NCBI GenBank assembly: GCA_037201525.1 | Contig: JBBCHP010000013.1 | Span: 4,068-68,067 of the forward strand | Origin: Rhizomicrobium sp. | Lineage (GTDB): Bacteria > Pseudomonadota > Alphaproteobacteria > Micropepsales > Micropepsaceae | Direction: 5' to 3' | Length of the DNA stretch: 64,000 bases | Shown here: in pieces, positions 62,141 to 64,000 of the stretch | Position numbering within the stretch: the first letter of the stretch is position 1 | How the letters are laid out: each line of letters opens with the position of its first letter | Program-made: the position numbers and the translations under genes | The notes under the pieces: generated by a model | Told to the model about the DNA's origin: nothing | Seen by the model: only the letters and a program-made list of their open reading frames with translations | Database searches by the model: none

Positions 62141-63340
62141 CAGAGGCACCGCTCGCGGGCATCCGAGTACTCGATCTTACCTCGGTCGTCGTGGGGCCTG
62201 TCTGCACACTGAGACTTGCGCAACAGGGTGCAGAGATCATCAAGGTAGAAACGCCGGATGGCGATCTGATGCGCGCGCTGGGCGGCATTTCTCCCACCGG
62301 CCAGCACTCTGGCACATATCTGCATCTCAATCGCGGCAAGAAAGGTGTGTGCCTTGATTTGAAAGCATACGGTGGCACGGAAATCCTGCAGCGTTTGATT
62401 GCGCGCAGCGACGTGTTCGTCTCGAACATCCGCCCCGCGGCGCTCGCGCGCATGCAACTCGACGCGGAAACGTTGCTCGCGCGGAAAGCCGATCTGATCC
62501 ATTGCCTGATCAGCGGCTTTGGCCCCGGTCCATATCGCGGCAAGCCGGCCTATGACAGCGTTCTTCAGGGCGCATCCGGAATTGCCGGTCTGCCGGTCCG
62601 GCGCGGCGGCGTTCCCGAATATTCTCCCTTGCTGCTTTGCGATCACATCGTCGGCGAGATATCGGCGGGCGCGATCCTGACGGCGCTGTTTCAGCGGCAG
62701 CGCACCGGCAAAGGAAGCGCCATCGAAATTCCGATGATGGAAACGATGGCGGCTTTTGTGCTGCATGAGCATCTGGCGCAGCGTACTTTTCGTGCCGCCG
62801 ATCGGCGACGCCGGCGACACGCGCACGCTCAATCCCGGCAGCCGTCCGATCGAGACCGCCGACGGTTGGATCAGTCTCACCTGCAATACCGATGCGCAGG
62901 TGGAAAGCCTTTTTGACCGTGATCGGACAGCCGGAACGGGCGAGCGATCCCCGCTTCAACTCGGTCGCGGCGCGCGTGCGCAACTCAACGGAGTGGTTTG
63001 CTCTTCGTCAGAATGCGCTCCGCGGACGGAACACAGATGCGTGGGTGGAGGAATTCTCGCGCGTAGACGTTCCCGCGATGCCGTGTCATTCGCTGGAATC
63101 GCTGATCGACGATCCGCACATCCGTGCGTCGCAGCTTTTGTCGCCGGATCATCATCCGACTGAGGGTGACATCCTAGCGATGCGGTCGACGATCCTGCGC
63201 AACGGAAAAGCCGATGCGACCGGCGCACCGGCTGCGGCGATGGGCGCTGATACGCGCCCAGTTCTGCGGGGGAATGCGATTTTTCGGACGACGATATCGA
63301 GCGCTTTATCGCCAGTGGTGCGGCTATTGTCGCGCGCTGA
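62137..63340 (+). CDS. CaiB/BaiF family III CoA-transferase (frameshifted)
   Basis: PLAGIRVLDLTSVVVGP, GAEIIKVE..GD.MR, NRGKK, SNIRP, GKPAYDSVLQ. Confidence 0.88.

Positions 63341-64000
<660 letters not shown>

Noticed and set aside
62086-62916. Apparent hydratase-CoA transferase fusion
   Set aside because: ATGA overlap at 62137-62140 in a heavily frameshifted region; more likely two genes

Overview
GC-rich alphaproteobacterial chromosome segment. Many single-base indels split genes, including housekeeping serC and serA, so they are probably long-read sequencing errors; split genes were reassembled by eye and those coordinates are approximate. Five blocks are present. (1) 1-9.1 kb, core genes: DUF3775, serC-serA with a serC-leader-like RNA, an ICMT-like methyltransferase, pim-like beta-oxidation genes, a TPR-glycosyltransferase and chorismate mutase. 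(2) 9.3-28.7 kb, a compact one-strand cluster of about 27 flagellum-derived genes. It encodes the export gate, ATPase complex, rod, L/P rings, hook and its own FliA-like sigma, but no flagellin, hook-filament junction, cap, stator, recognisable FliG or chemotaxis genes. This is a candidate non-motile 'hook-basal-body-only' type III secretion device and the most interesting feature. (3) 28.9-45.3 kb, an organosulfur-scavenging island: LLM monooxygenases, TauD, a TonB receptor, a Gln-type thiol dioxygenase, a multidomain rhodanese, SsuABC and an AsfAB-like pair, with a shared operator-like motif. (4) 45.3-50.1 kb, a small phage-like module: phased TAACAGGGAATT repeats, a ParB-methyltransferase, two DUF5681-like genes and a terminase large subunit, with no portal or capsid. 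(5) 50.2-64 kb, a flavin/acyl-CoA catabolic island marked by repeated copies of a 16-bp palindrome (TACCAACTAGTTGGTA).
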